Shown here piece by piece: positions 24,684 to 37,651 of a stretch of 64,000 nt of DNA. The stretch lies in the NCBI GenBank assembly GCA_010093995.1, contig ML992503.1:1603234-1667233 (forward strand), given 5' to 3'. The notes under the pieces are model-generated. The model did not search any database. It saw only the letters and a program-made list of their open reading frames with translations, and was not told where the DNA came from. The position numbers were made by a program, and so were the translations under genes. How positions within the stretch are numbered: the first letter of the stretch is position 1; each line of letters starts with the position of its first letter. This stretch comes from Elsinoe ampelina. Lineage: Eukaryota.

Positions 24684-27600
24684 ATGTCTTCTCCGGCACC
24701 ATGTCCGGCAGACATGGACGTGTCGACTTCCAACAATCCCTTCGTCAATATCCCTTCGCGTCAGATGCGAGGTGAGGCACACAGCAATGCTATACTGACT
24801 CTAGCTCACGCATTTCTACAGTGAAGATCCTGTACACGTTCGACGACAACAACAAAACAAACTGCCTCGCGAGAATTCGAGACCCTCTCAACATCCCAGT
24901 AATCCCTATCGACGACAAGACCCACATTGGTGTCATCGAACTACGACAATGTATACGCGCGGTTGTGGAGCACAGTCCGGAAATTGTGGCTCGTCTTTCA
25001 CAGGGTGATTTCACAATCTACGCCTACGACTATTCCGAGTATGAGACTCCTCAGGTTGGGCAAGGGATGCTCTCGGCTCTGCTCGCCGCTACCTCCCCAA
25101 CACCATCAGCCCCCGCACACCAATCCAAGACGATGATCACTGGACGCGTATGTCAGAATGTCATGGCTGCCTTTCAGAACGACATTGCAGACACGCTAGA
25201 GGTCAAGCTCCGCCTGGTGCCTGTTCCAAAACCTGTACAACACGACTATATCAAGAGCATGGAAATGTACAGAAACCTTAGTCCGGCTCTGTCGGGTGGG
25301 TTTGACCCAAACGCTTGGTCAAGTGGTCTCAACACAGATAATGGCGTTGTGGCAAGTCTGGAACAACAGTCACAAAACTTCGAATACCCAGCATACTCTC
25401 ATCAACGGCACATGTCAAATGCTAGCATGAATGGCCGCCCGAGCATGAACCGCCCGAGCAGACCTTCTAGCAGGACATCTGTGAGGAGCAACCATGGTCG
25501 GACTGGAAATGAGTCATCGGTGCAGGAAGGATTCACAGAAGAGGGGCCTGCACCAAAGAGGGCAAAGATCACACAAGGACAGTGGAAGGGTAGATCGGCT
25601 TTTACTGATAACGCCGACTCTCTCCGCGTGACCGCCAGCACAGCAGCCTCAATCAGGGTCCACAAACCTGTGGCTACACGACCTGGTGGCAATCTCGAGC
25701 CGCCCCCACGAGTGCCAACACCTGTTCCCACGGAGAAGAACAATCGCTTCAAAGGCAACAGCTTCCTGCGCCGCGAGTCGTCCCTATACCACGCTGAGAC
25801 CCCACAATCGCCATTTGACAACCAGTCTGATGCTGTCATGAGCTCACCGGAGGACATGCAAGGCCAGGGCGATGGCAGTCCTCTGGAATTCCCGTCATCG
25901 CCGCCTGCTATGCCGGAGCCCTCTAGTCCAGGTCTGCCGACCCATCCTTCCCTGCCTGACTCTGGATATATGAGTGGCGGGGTAGTAGACTACATGCAGG
26001 ATGACGAGGATCGACCGATCACCAAGGACGATCGCAAACAGATCTCGAGACACAAAGCACGCTCCCAGTCGAAGCTTGGGTCAGATATCTCCTTTATCGA
26101 ACAGACGCCGGGGCCGCCGGAATTACTGCCGACGAGGATGAACATGAGTGGAAAGCCCATAGATTCACAAAAGGCGCACAACTCCATCCAAGCCGTACGA
26201 CGGAATTCTAATCTGGCTCTTCCTCCACGTCCACCTCTCTCGACCCAAGCCTCGAATCTTTCTGAACCACCAATTACCACACCTTCTCCATTTCCAGATG
26301 CCCAGCAGTATCCAGGATCGTCATACCCGCAACCATACCCTGCTCCTCAACCTCCCTCAAACACCTTGCCACCCGTCCAGTCAGGTCGCGCCTCTGTTCC
26401 ACCTCGCTCTGCAGCAGCTAGTCCCGCTCCAAGCGAAGGTCCTGCATTTGGCGGAAAGCCTCGGAGTGGGTCAGGCGCTAAACGGAAGAAAGTCATTCAT
26501 GAGAAGCTTCTCCAATCACTGGCTAGCGGTAATATGCCAACATTCTGCGCGAACTGTGGTGCCATCGAGACCCCGACGTGGCGATCATTGCATGTCAAGC
26601 ATGTCTACGGCACGCCTCCCGACGATAAGGACCTGGGAGGCGCTGACGAGACTGTTGGCGTCGATGTTACGGAGCGTGATGAATTCACGCAGCAGGTTAC
26701 TCAGTACAGGATCATCAAGAGCATCAGGAAAACCAAGCAGAAGCCCGACGCGAATGACTTCAAGACAATTCAGGTCTGCAATCCTTGTGGCTTATGGTTC
26801 AATAAATTCAAGCAGATGCGTCCTCCTGAGAAATGGTCAAGAGGACCCAAGGTCACTCGCAAGAAGTCCAGCCAAAAAGACGATCTGACCTCTGACGCTG
26901 TGGATCTACCGTCCGATCTGCCAATGTCCGGGCTCTGGACTGATGCACCCCAGCCGGACGACAATGTTCAGCAAGAACTGCACCAGGAAGTGCAGAACGA
27001 GGAGAACGAAGGCTCTGCCGAGATTTCTGATGAGCAGTCTCAACAGCATCATACTTCTCGACCTCGCGCGAGCAGTATGCAGGCCATCAATCGACAACCT
27101 ACAAAGGCGATGGATTGGACGAGCACGCAGCTGGATACCGCGCTGCAAAGAGCTATTCAATCCAGTCCGGCACGCTTTCAAGGCACCGAAGAGTCTCCCA
27201 TCGAGCTTGAGGACGATTTGACGCCCAAGCCTACCCGTCGCCTGCTCTTCCCATCTCCACGCAAAGACGGTGAGGTAAAATCTCTCGACGACTTTAGCTT
27301 GCCAACCAAGACCAAGTCTGCCAAAGCCTCGCCACTGTCGAATCATACCCAAGCATCGATTAATCTGGCTCTGCAGTCCGAGAAGGAGAACTTGCCACCT
27401 ATCGCTTCGCTTCACGACGATCTCGACTTCTCCGCTTTGTTCAACTCGCCATCTACGGGTGGATTGTTCAAGACGCCGTCAAAATCCTCCGGATCGTCAT
27501 CAGCATTGGCACAGACGCCCCCCTCAAAGTCCGTCGACCGCTTTGAATCATTGCTAGCAACCCCCACCCCGAGCAAGCGTAGCAGCACACTCACCTCCCG

Positions 27601-28060
27601 CACTCCAACCCGCATGGACGCTTTCCTTCCATCATTCTCCTCAGCAGAGAAGAAGACGCTCGGTACCCCATCTCGTTACATGCCTCTCACTTCTCCTTGC
27701 CGATCTATCAGGTCGGTGTCCGGCCGCTCGGTGTCTGGACAGAGCCTTGCTAATGGTCTGGCTCCCATGACACCATTCAGCAAACAGCTACAGCAACTCC
27801 TCAGCGATAATCCAGGGTTCGACAATACTTTTGACTTCACCAGCGACATTGCCGGCAACGACATGAGCGACGGGATGAGTTTCAGCTTCTTCAGTCCCGG
27901 TGGCATGGGCCTTGGGCAATGGGGCAGCAGTCCCGGACGAGCTTTGGACTTTGGCATGGGTGCAACCGAGAAAGAGGCTGAGGGCACCACGAACGATTCG
28001 AAGGACAAGGATGACAAGCCACATGAGGAGCAGGCCGAGGGCGAGAAGACGGAGGCATAG
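24684..28060 (+). CDS. AMS2: Ams2/Spt21-family GATA-type transcription factor (histone gene regulator), 2 exons
   Basis: N-terminal RQMR|VKILYTFDDNNKTNCLAR...DFTIYAYDYSEYETPQVGQGMLS (Ams2/Spt21 N-domain), finger CANCGAIETPTWR...CNPCGLW and TPKPTRRLLFPSPRK. Intron about 24772-24821. Confidence 0.88.
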
Positions 28061-28810
28061 AGTGCCGACGACAGATTTGAGAAGGGAGAATTGAGCGACA
28101 TGGATTGGGAGTTGCTCTTCGAACCCCTCTCGGACGAGGATGATGAATCGGCTGGGAACGACGACGCAGCATTGGACCGTCTCGCGTCGCTCAAGATTGG
28201 TAGCTTTGGCAAGTCGGTGTAAGATCAATCATACGTACGGCCACGAGGAAGCCGCTGAGGCAATCCGATCGTTGGAGGTCTTGCTGGGCATACGGTAGCT
28301 CTGCAGTATATCTTATCAGGCTCGCTCACGCTCGAAGCAGTGAATGCATCAATGAATGAATCATGATACCAACCATCGGTCCTGTCATTAAGTGCGCGCC
28401 GTGAATCTTCAACCCAAAAGTGTCTCAGGATGAACGTTCACTGTCTGGGAACGAACGATGGAGTGAACGGGTAAAAACAACTTTTGAATCCATATAACCT
28501 ATTAGATGACTGCCATGCCTGCTGCAACGTCCTTCTCAATCATGACCCAGCACTAGCCGGTGGTACCTTGCACTATGCCGGCTGCCTCAGAATCTAGTCC
28601 CTGACAGCATTGTCTTTGTAAGCCTGCTCCATCTTCCAAACTCGCCCTACAGCGACGAGTGACCCGGCACAACCTCGTCCACCGAGTAGCGGCGCATCAA
28701 GCAGACTCGCTTCTCAAAGCCCATCATCATCCATCCGACTCCAAACGCCAGATACGGGTATCAATACGCGCTGTCTTTCCTTTCCGCCTGAATCAACCTC
28801 ATCCCCGTTC

Positions 28811-29704
28811 TCATAGTGCCGCCAGATCCGTCTTGCTCGACGTAAAGTCCCACAGCATCTTGATGAGATTATCCGGAAGGGTGTAGAGATCGACGTGGAA
28901 CTCGCCATCTGCGACGCGTCAGCCACTGTGTCCCAACATAGTACCCACCCACGACGCTCTCCAGGGAAGATACTCACTCTCCACATCATTCTTCGTATAC
29001 GTATCCTCACTCTTATTATCATGCACCAACTGCACCACATGCAACAAATCATCCTCGCCCAACGTCTCCAGCCCCTGCGCCAACTTCTCCATATCCACCG
29101 CGCGATTCCCCTTACCCTTCTTCTTCCCCTTCTCCGCCGCCCCCCCTCCTCCCCCGGCCGCCCCCCCGTTCGTCTCCCCCACACTCCCACTCTCCCTCAA
29201 CCTCTCCGCCAACTCGGGCTTCGGGTTCCGGAAATTCACCGTGTGAAAAGCCTCGTACCTCTCCTGCCCGAAATTCAAGTCGTGCACGACCGTCACCTCC
29301 CCCCCCTTGGGGTTGCCCAGCGGCGTCACCACGATGAGCATTTCGAATTCCCCCCAGCCTTCTTCCGAGATGGTGAACGGGGGTTGCTTGAAGACTTGCT
29401 TCGCGCGGGCGCCGAAGGATTCGTGCAGTCTGTAGGTGACTTTTTCAAAGGGTGAGGCTGGGTATTCGTTGCCGTCTTCGCCGACGATGAAGATGGTGAT
29501 GGTCCATCGTCGGAGGGGGAATTCGCCTTCTGAGGCGGGTTCTTGGCTGGGAGAGGGGGGGTTAGTGGGGGGATGGAGGGGGAGGGGGAGGGGGAGGGTA
29601 CATGACGTGTTGCTCGGTGACGATTTTAATTTGGCGTTTTACCTGGGAGGGTGGGATTAGTGGTGGTGGTAAAGGAGGGAGGAGGGGGTGGGTACTTCGG
29701 GCAT
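28811..29704 (-). CDS. TAF14: YEATS + ET domain protein Taf14/Tfg3, 4 exons
   Basis: MPE|VKRQIKIVTEQHV|I...FPLRRWTITI..FEKVTYRLHESF...PPFTISEEGWGEFEM and VDMEKLAQGLETLGEDDLLHVVQLV..NDVE|NGEFHVDLYTLPD. Confidence 0.95.
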
Positions 29705-30474
29705 TGTGGCGGTCGGTGGGCTTGACGGTGAAGTTGCGGTGAGGGTGAGGCAACTGGGAGCTCGAGGAACGGTCGAGAGCTGTATTGTAGCACAGAGAAG
29801 GTCTGGGCGATGAGATTGATGAGCTGAAGCGCGCCTTGTTAGTGGTTGCGCGAGGCGCGGCGGGGAGTGAAAGCTTGCAGTGAACGGTGCGCCAGATCTG
29901 CGGCACGGTTGACTAGATGAGCTTGAGATGCACCGGATGGTGAGGGTGAGGTTGAATTGGAGAAGAGGTCTCTAAAGAAGCAATAATGATATGATAATAG
30001 GCGTCATAGCTCATTGAGAAGCTTTTTAATGCTTCCGTCTCTGCATGGCTGACCCACGGGCAACCAAAAGTGACAATAGCCTTCACAAGCCTTGACAATA
30101 CCTATGAAGCAAGTGAGGGGGTGGATCTAGACTTCGTTGTGTGGTGAACTATCTAATCATCCCAACGGATGAGCGCTTCCAATGCGATGCAATGCATGAA
30201 GCGAGTGTTCGTGTATGGAGGGGATCTGGCATCTCGTGGACGCATGTGCTGTGTGCATGTGACGGCTCCATCATATCGACAGAGGGTCTTTAGGGGGGGA
30301 AATGCCTGGCCCGGTACCCTGGTTGAAGGTCCAGTCTGGATCGAAGACTACTTTCTCACGAGGTTTCCTTGCTTGAATTGCTCGAGGAGGGGACATCTCG
30401 TGAAGCTCCTCCTCCATCAATGCCAGGTTCTTCGCAAGGCGTCGCTCACGCATCTGCTTTATCCTGCTATCCTT

Positions 30475-31339
30475 CTAGTTCTTCTTCTCGGCATCCTTGT
30501 TGAAGAGAGCCTCGTTCTCCTGCTGTGCCTTGATGAAGGCTTCCTTGAAGAGGTTGGCATCTGGCACAACGTTAGCACCGTGTTTCTTCAGCTCTACCGC
30601 AACCGCAAACTTACTCTCGCTATTGGCAAAGCGAATCGCCAGTGTCTGCGCCTCCGGCTCGCCCTCACTGACATCGGCAGCTGCATTCCAGACCCAGCTC
30701 CTGTCACTACCAACGTTTGGCGACAACTTCATGTCCGGGACGACTGTGAAGTATCAGCATCTCCACCCAAACCGCAAGTTTTGTAGTCCATACCGTAGTG
30801 ATTCGCGCAAACCTTCAATGTCTTGTCCCTCCTCATCACCAGCCTCGTCTTGCCGTTCTCCCTGTGTTTGAGCAATCTGACATCACCGGTACCACGCTCC
30901 TTCCACTCCCTGGTATCCCTGTCAAACTTGAACAGCTTTGCCCGCATCTTGAACATCTGCTCTTCAAGCTCTTCGTTGGTCTTGGTCTCGACCTTCTCCG
31001 TGAGGTGGACGACTGGGGCGAACTCGACGTCGGCTTCCTCATCAGGGGCTTTGTCATCCTAGTAGAACGTCAGCATCAGGCCTCCAATATATCCGCTTGA
31101 CTGTGGGACAATCTCACATCGTCCTCTTCAGTAGCCTTCTTCTTGGAGCTTCCGCTTGGCTCATCAACATCATCTTCCTCCTTTCTGGCCTCCTTCTTAG
31201 GTCCACCGCCAAACATGCTGAAGACATTCTCCTTGACAGCCGAAGCAGCGCCGGCGGCCTTGTCGGTCACGCCTTTGTTGTCGGCTGCGCCATCTGTGGA
31301 GACGGACTCAGTCTTTGGGTCTTTTGTGGCGTCGGCCAT
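30475..31339 (-). CDS. YRB1: Ran-binding protein 1 (RanBD1), 4 exons
   Basis: [63 protein letters not shown] and [18 protein letters not shown]. Confidence 0.96.
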
Positions 31340-31871
31340 TGTGCGAAGATTTGATGCGCTGTGCTATTGAAAGTCCGGATGGTAGCTGACGATGACTTGG
31401 TCGGCCTCTCGAGTGACTGATGGCCGCTAGTGAAGAATGTGATTGTTGTGTGAAATGAAAGCTATTGAAGGCGGTCAGATTTGATGAAGCAAACCAAACA
31501 GCGGGGCAGGAGATTTAAGCACGCACCACAAAAGCCTCATGTCTTGGCGTTTTGCATGTGTTTTTGCCGCGTGCTCGTGCATATCACGTGTCAAAAAAAT
31601 CAGCAGAAACCTTTGAGTACATCTGAAAGACTGGGAACACCGTGGATAGCCTATCTATCTAGTTGGAGTATCAAATCCGCCACCATGAATGCCCATTCAG
31701 CATATCCCCAGCCATTCATTGCAGACAAAACAAACCACGAACGCCTGAACCTCTCCGAGCCTCTCTGGAACTCCTTCCCCGATAGATATGCCTCGTATAG
31801 TCATGCTGGTATGGTGTTGAGAAAACAGGAAGGGGCTGAGGAGACAGCTTGGGCAGCCAGCGGCAGCCGCA

Positions 31872-33907
31872 TCAGTGGCCATGCTTCCCAGTGCGACGAC
31901 CAGATTTCTTGCAAGAGGAATGGCTCTTTCTCTTGCAGGTTTGCTGACAATTCTTAATATCATGGAACGTATCTTCCTCGGTGACCGATATACCCAAGGG
32001 CGTAAGGATAGCCTTCATCCTCTTCACCAGGTCTGCCTTGGCTTTCACTGACGTGCAAGCCAGGAAGCTACCCGACAATCGCCTCAAGATACCTTGCCCG
32101 TTGCGCTGAGCTCGTGCAAGGATGGTGTGACTTCCGTTGACAGTCGTCTGGATTACTGGTGCAGTCAAGAGAACAACCTGGTCGAAAACACCACTGATGG
32201 AACTCGACAGCTTCTGCGAGACGTTGTCGGCTATGTTGGCTGCAGACGAGAGATCCTCCTTGACCGCAGAGAACTCCTTGGCGACATCGACATGCTTCAG
32301 ACTGAAAGTGCTAGTGACAGTCTGACAGATACTGGAAATGAAGGACCGCACTTGGGTTTGTTCATGCTGCAGTTGCTTGGCGAAGCGTTCTTTGTACTCC
32401 GCGAGGGACCTCTGAACCTCGTGTGTCTGGTGAGCAGAGCTTGCAACCACTTCGTCTGAGAGTTGGCGGAAGCCCTGTAGCAGGGTGTCTATGGAAGATC
32501 GGATGCTGTTGTTCTTGGGCTTGGACTCCGAACCCGGCGATGTCGAAGCTTGCACGGCCGGTCTGGGAGCGATTCGTTTGGGCTCCTCTCCATATGCAAC
32601 GACTCTGTCATCGATGTGGCCTGCTTTGACTTTGACAGCGTAGTAGCTTCTTTGGTATGGCGCATCAAGGCGGACGAATGTCAAGCCGCGGATCAGATCT
32701 TTCTGCTCGGCAATCTCCAAGTGCTCCGTCACATGGCGGACCTGGATCTCTGGCTTCTGGAGATACTTTCCGGTACGCTTATCCTTGGGGAGTGAGATGA
32801 AGATCTGACCAGGACCATTAACCTCAACGCGGATTCCGGTCTGGAAAGTGTACTCCTTGAAGCCACTGTGGCCGCTGTCGCCCAAGACCCATACCTGTGG
32901 ATAGCTCAGGATCTTCGATGGCTCGATCGCAGATCCATTCCAGGACGTGAGGTTTGCTTGTTTGAGGGCTGACTGGAGCTGATGATGGCGAAGTATCATT
33001 TCCTCGTTGGCAGGCAAATGAGGTCCAGACCAGAAGGGCGAACCGGCAGACATGGATGAAATGCTGAGTGGTGCCATGAGGAAGGCGAGGACGCCGACGG
33101 CAATCATGGTCATCGCGGCAGGAAGGATGGAGGACCTGAAATTCGCGGAGAAAAAGTCCTCGGCGGATTTGAGCGACCGATTCAGCACGCCGAGATACTT
33201 TTCAGCGAAGTTCGGCTTTGGGTCAACAGCCTCCTTCTTTAGGGTATCCTTGGAGTCGTCAGACCCCCTGATGGTGATCTCGCTTTGATCGACTCCGTGA
33301 CCCTCCACGTCACTGTCGTCGACCTTCTCCTCCTGTCTCAGCGCCTTGGGCATCACTGCACCAGCAGCAACCTCTCGGGCGGCGGCAGCAGGCAACCTGG
33401 CAGGATCCGGGAACAATAGCTGCGAGCCCTGCTCATGTGAAGAAATGGCGTCCTCGTCATCAGCTATACTCTCAACGGTCTCGGCGTCGGACTGGTCACA
33501 GGCGGAGACGGAGTCGGCTGTCTGTCCACCTTCAGAGATGTTGTCGATGTCGGCGTAGCTTCCGGAAAGGTCGTGCAGTGGGCGTGGGTCAGCATGGACA
33601 GCCTCGAAGCCATCCTCAGCAGTGGTGGTTGTGTAGTCGTAGTTGTCGGGCTGCTTCTCCGCGACTGGAGCGGGATCTGGATCTTCCTTCATATTGTTGG
33701 ACTGTGAAGTGGTGAGTACGATTCAAATAATCTTTATGCAATACTTACCACGATCGTGAAAGTGGTGAGATCAGGTGAGTCGGCGTAAGGAATCGGAGGC
33801 TCGGTGAGCAGGCCGCTGATGTCCTCGAGCTCGTCGCTACGATCAAGATGATCTTGGGAGACGGCGTTAGTACGTGTGCGACTGGATCGATGAGAGTCCA
33901 TGTTCAT
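31872..33907 (-). CDS. Hypothetical single-pass membrane protein with acidic N-terminus and helical C-terminus, 2 exons
   Basis: 606-codon ORF plus an upstream exon (MNMDSHRSS...FTIV, donor GTAAGT near 33748, acceptor CAG near 33702). TM segment ILPAAMTMIAVGVLAFLMAPL. No family recognised. Confidence 0.75.
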
Positions 33908-34660
33908 TGTGGCTGCTTGGCTTTTGGTGAGATCTGTGGCGGTGGTGAGGTGATTCATCGGACATTCCAGAGCTGCAGCCCAGACCGGAGAGGCGAATGA
34001 CAGCAGCGGCAGACGGTAGGCGAGTTGATGATGCGGCAGACAGTGAATGCAGTGGGGGAATAAGGATGGCTCACCTGTCAGAGTTCTCCGGGACAAGAAA
34101 AGAAATGTAAGGTCTGTGTTCGTGGTTTCTGCGATGAGGTGGTTAGGCGTTGTTGCCTTGCTGGAATGAGGGGCAGACTGTATCGGAACCTCGTGTTACG
34201 AGATTAGATTGGAGGATACTGTAGCAGTACCTGTGTCGTGTGCTCGGGGGGTGATGATGAAGATGAGATGTTTGGAAAAGTGGAAGTAACTGATTTATAT
34301 TCTTGGGCCAGTGAGTGCGAGGGTGAGTGACAGTGAAATGGAACCCTTGACAATCGTCTATCAAGCAGATGCCCCGCCATGCCGCACGGACCACGACTCT
34401 AATTGCCTGTCATGTGAACGTGCCTGAGAGATAGAAGCAGCATTCACAGAACATTTTTGTACCTCACGGCGGACAGATGGCAATAAGGGTATGGAGACCT
34501 GTCAAACATGTACATGTAGTTATTCGCTCATCAATGGTCCTAAAGTCCCGGCCTAGCCCGCCAATGCCCACATAATGTGAATTGCGTCTCGCAGACCAAG
34601 ATGATGCTCGGGTCTGCGTGCAACATCCAGTGGTTGGACGCTGTGTATAGAAAGGGCTGC

Positions 34661-36401
34661 TCATCGCCCAGGTCCTGAAGGCGTGATCCATCCGCCTGCA
34701 ACCTCTACCCACTCTGGTGTACAGCTGCCCTCCTTGTCCTCCACCTCTGCAATGTCTGTGTCGCACCTGCACCTGCAACCCACGCCATTCTCCTTCTCCT
34801 TATCCCAATTGGCCCAGTACTCATCTTCTTCAATGCGTGCTTTCTCGTCGAGTGTAGTGCTTTCGAGGAAGGGCGATCGTGGTAGTTGTCGTGCTGGAGC
34901 ATTTGCAGGGCAATGCTGGATGGTAGTGTGCCGATAGCCGAAGTCCCTGAAATAGTGAATGTCCGACGGAGACAGCAGGACACCTGCAGCCAGAGAATGG
35001 ATAGGAGCATCTCCCCACTGGGGAACAAGTCAGCATAGTGCCACAGTAGTTTGAACTCGCCGTGACTTACCCTCTCCATCCAGAAGCCCCCACTCCTGTC
35101 CATCATCTGGAAGAACTCTTCATACTCCTTGCTCCGGAACCAATCAAGGCGGGCTATCTCAAAGTTACTCCAGAAATGACACATGTTGTATGTCTCGCCC
35201 TCCATGGACTCGGGGTCGACTTCTGGAAGGGACCCAGCACCAGGCTCGGTCTTGAGGATCTCCTCTGGAAGTGGCTTCTGCCCATTGTCATCCTCTTTTG
35301 GCAAATCTTCTGGCTTCTTTTCTGGCTTGGGCTCGAGAAACATCTCCCACAAACCTTGCGAGGTGATGTTGTTGATGCGCTTGTAGGCAGAGGCGTAGCG
35401 GAAGATGTTGGGAACGGTCTCCTTCAGTTCCTTGACTGCGATGGTGAAGCCGTAGGTCTTGTTGGCCCGCTCCATGTGAATGAAAGGATCGCTGCTGTTG
35501 TTAGTGCTGCGTTCAGGGAAATGAAAAGTGCACCATACTAAGTAATGTCGCAGAAGTACTTGATCTCCGGCTCGAGACGCCAATACCACTTGTACTTTTG
35601 CAGAAGCTCGTGCTTGTAGAATTGCCTGCTTTTCATCAGCCGTACCCTCGAACCCAGCCAATATACCACGTACCCAGAGTAAAATCTGCACATATGATGA
35701 TAACTCTCCATCCCGCCGTACATAATGGCGGCATCTCCCTGCTTGCGGATGCCCTCTTGCGCGACAGATTTGTCCGTCCATTCTGGATATCCCCACATGG
35801 TAGCATTGATCCTGCCAAACTCGACAGGCGCGCTCGTGTAATTCATGATCGTTTCCCGGAAAGTTGAGTTGAACTCTCCGTCATTGAGAAAGACGTAGGG
35901 GTAGTGGAACCATCGGTTGAAATGTCGCTCTATCGACTTGACCGACTGTATCACACCATCCAGCTCTTTATTCCGTGCCAGCACGACGAATGCCGCATTC
36001 GCTCTCGGTGCATCCGCTTGTGGTACTGGGTCCAGACATCCAGTAACGAAGACCTTGTCGTACTTCTCATTGATTTTCCTTCTCTCTGTCAGCTGCTGCA
36101 GCCCAATCTGCGCCTGAATAGCTTACCTGATAGCCGGAGGTGCTCCAGCTGGCATGAGTATCCGACCAGGAGAGTCCGGATGCCGTACAAAAAGGACCAG
36201 AATTAAGATTATGACTATGCAAGGGAAGATGAGAACAATGCCCAGGGGAATTGAAACACGCGAATTGCCCTTCAGTCTTATCCGCCTTTTGAAGAAACTC
36301 ATACGTGGTGTGATCTTTTCTGTTGTTTTCGAAAGGTTCTCGAAGGTGGGCATGTTGGCTGAAGAAGGGAAGCGCTTCTTGACGCTTTGTAGGAGATCCA
36401 T
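34661..36401 (-). CDS. GT15 alpha-1,2-mannosyltransferase (KRE2/KTR family, Ktr5-like), 5 exons
   Basis: Type II TM IVLIFPCIVIILILVLF, LARNKELDGVIQSVKSIERHFNRWFHYPYVFLND, YGGMESYHHMCRFYSG, YWRLEP, YNMCHFWSNFEIA and ER|WGDAPIHSLA. Confidence 0.94.
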
Positions 36402-37104
36402 GATCGTCTGTACTCGTCGGCAGTCACAGCTTGTGCGAGGTCAGGGGATTCGGGGGCTCTAGAGCCGTCAAATGCTACTGGTCCAGTCAATCGGCCAAGA
36501 GTGGTGTAAACTGTGGTGAGTGACGCGTAGCAGGCCGAAAACCTCGAGACGATAGCAATCCTTGCTCTCAATAGGGTTCAAGCGAGTGTGTAGAAAGCGA
36601 GTGACATGCAGCGCGTCGAAGATACGAGCGCATAAGCTGGCGCCCACTGGGCGATGGTAGAATGTGCTGTCCGCAACTTATTGGCCAAGAAGGGTGTCAA
36701 TCGAGTCCGGTGTCCGTAGAACCAAGCGCAACCGGTATGAGATCGTGACGGAGGAGGTTGTTGATGCAAGAAAAGAGTTCGAGGGTTGGAGCAGGGGCCA
36801 AGGTTGAGAGATTCGCAAGCAAGCCGCAGTCTTGGCAAGATGCGTTCAAGCCTTTTTTCCTGCCGTCAGTTCAGGTTGACGAAGGATCAGTGTTCAGGGC
36901 CAATAGATTGCTGGACGAACATCCTAGCGACATGCACCTGCATTTCCACGTTCAACCCCATCCAGGATTGCCTACTGATCTAACCCGTTCTTCACCTCAT
37001 ATCTCGTGTCCAAGCAAGCACCCTCGTAATCGGGGTTTCTCCGGCCTTTCACGTGCTCATTCAACTACCTCTGGCATTCTGGCCGTGGCGAGCATCCCCT
37101 GATC

Positions 37105-37620
37105 ATGCCGACCAAGGTGAAGGGCTTGGAATACCAGGCAGAACAGCCCGCATTCCTCCAGCGGATGCGGCAAGGTGTCCCTCAAGCTGGCGAGAAGCAT
37201 GAGAGGCCCATTCCCCGACCAAAGCGTGCCAAAGCGGACGACGATGAGGATGCTCCTGCCTATGTTATGGAGGATACAAACGAATCAGTGACCAAGGAGG
37301 ACTACGAGAAGCTAGTGAAGGGCCCTGAAGCTGGAGACGAAGTTGCCTCCGCGACAGATAGCGGCGACAAGGATGGAGAAGCGACCGCCGACAACCCTAT
37401 GATGAGTGGTGCACTCCCAGAAGACAAGGAGAAGACATCAGGTCAGCAAGACCGTCCAAAGGTCAGGGAAGCTTCTCTTGGGCAGAAGAAGCGCAAAGCA
37501 GCCACCGCAGTAGGGCAGGACGACGAGGAGAGTGTCAGGACAGACGATGCACCGAACCCGAAAAAGGGCAAGAAGAAGGGCAAGCCGATCAAGCTCTCAT
37601 TCGACAATGATCAGGGTTGA
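37105..37620 (+). CDS. DUF4604 (KIAA1143-like) small basic/acidic protein
   Basis: N-terminal LEYQAEQPAFLQRMR, DDEDAPAYV and C-terminal KKGKPIKLSFD. Confidence 0.8.
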   Translation: MPTKVKGLEYQAEQPAFLQRMRQGVPQAGEKHERPIPRPKRAKADDDEDAPAYVMEDTNESVTKEDYEKLVKGPEAGDEVASATDSGDKDGEATADNPMMSGALPEDKEKTSGQQDRPKVREASLGQKKRKAATAVGQDDEESVRTDDAPNPKKGKKKGKPIKLSFDNDQG

Positions 37621-37651
37621 GCATGCATTCTGCGTATTACTCGTACAATAT

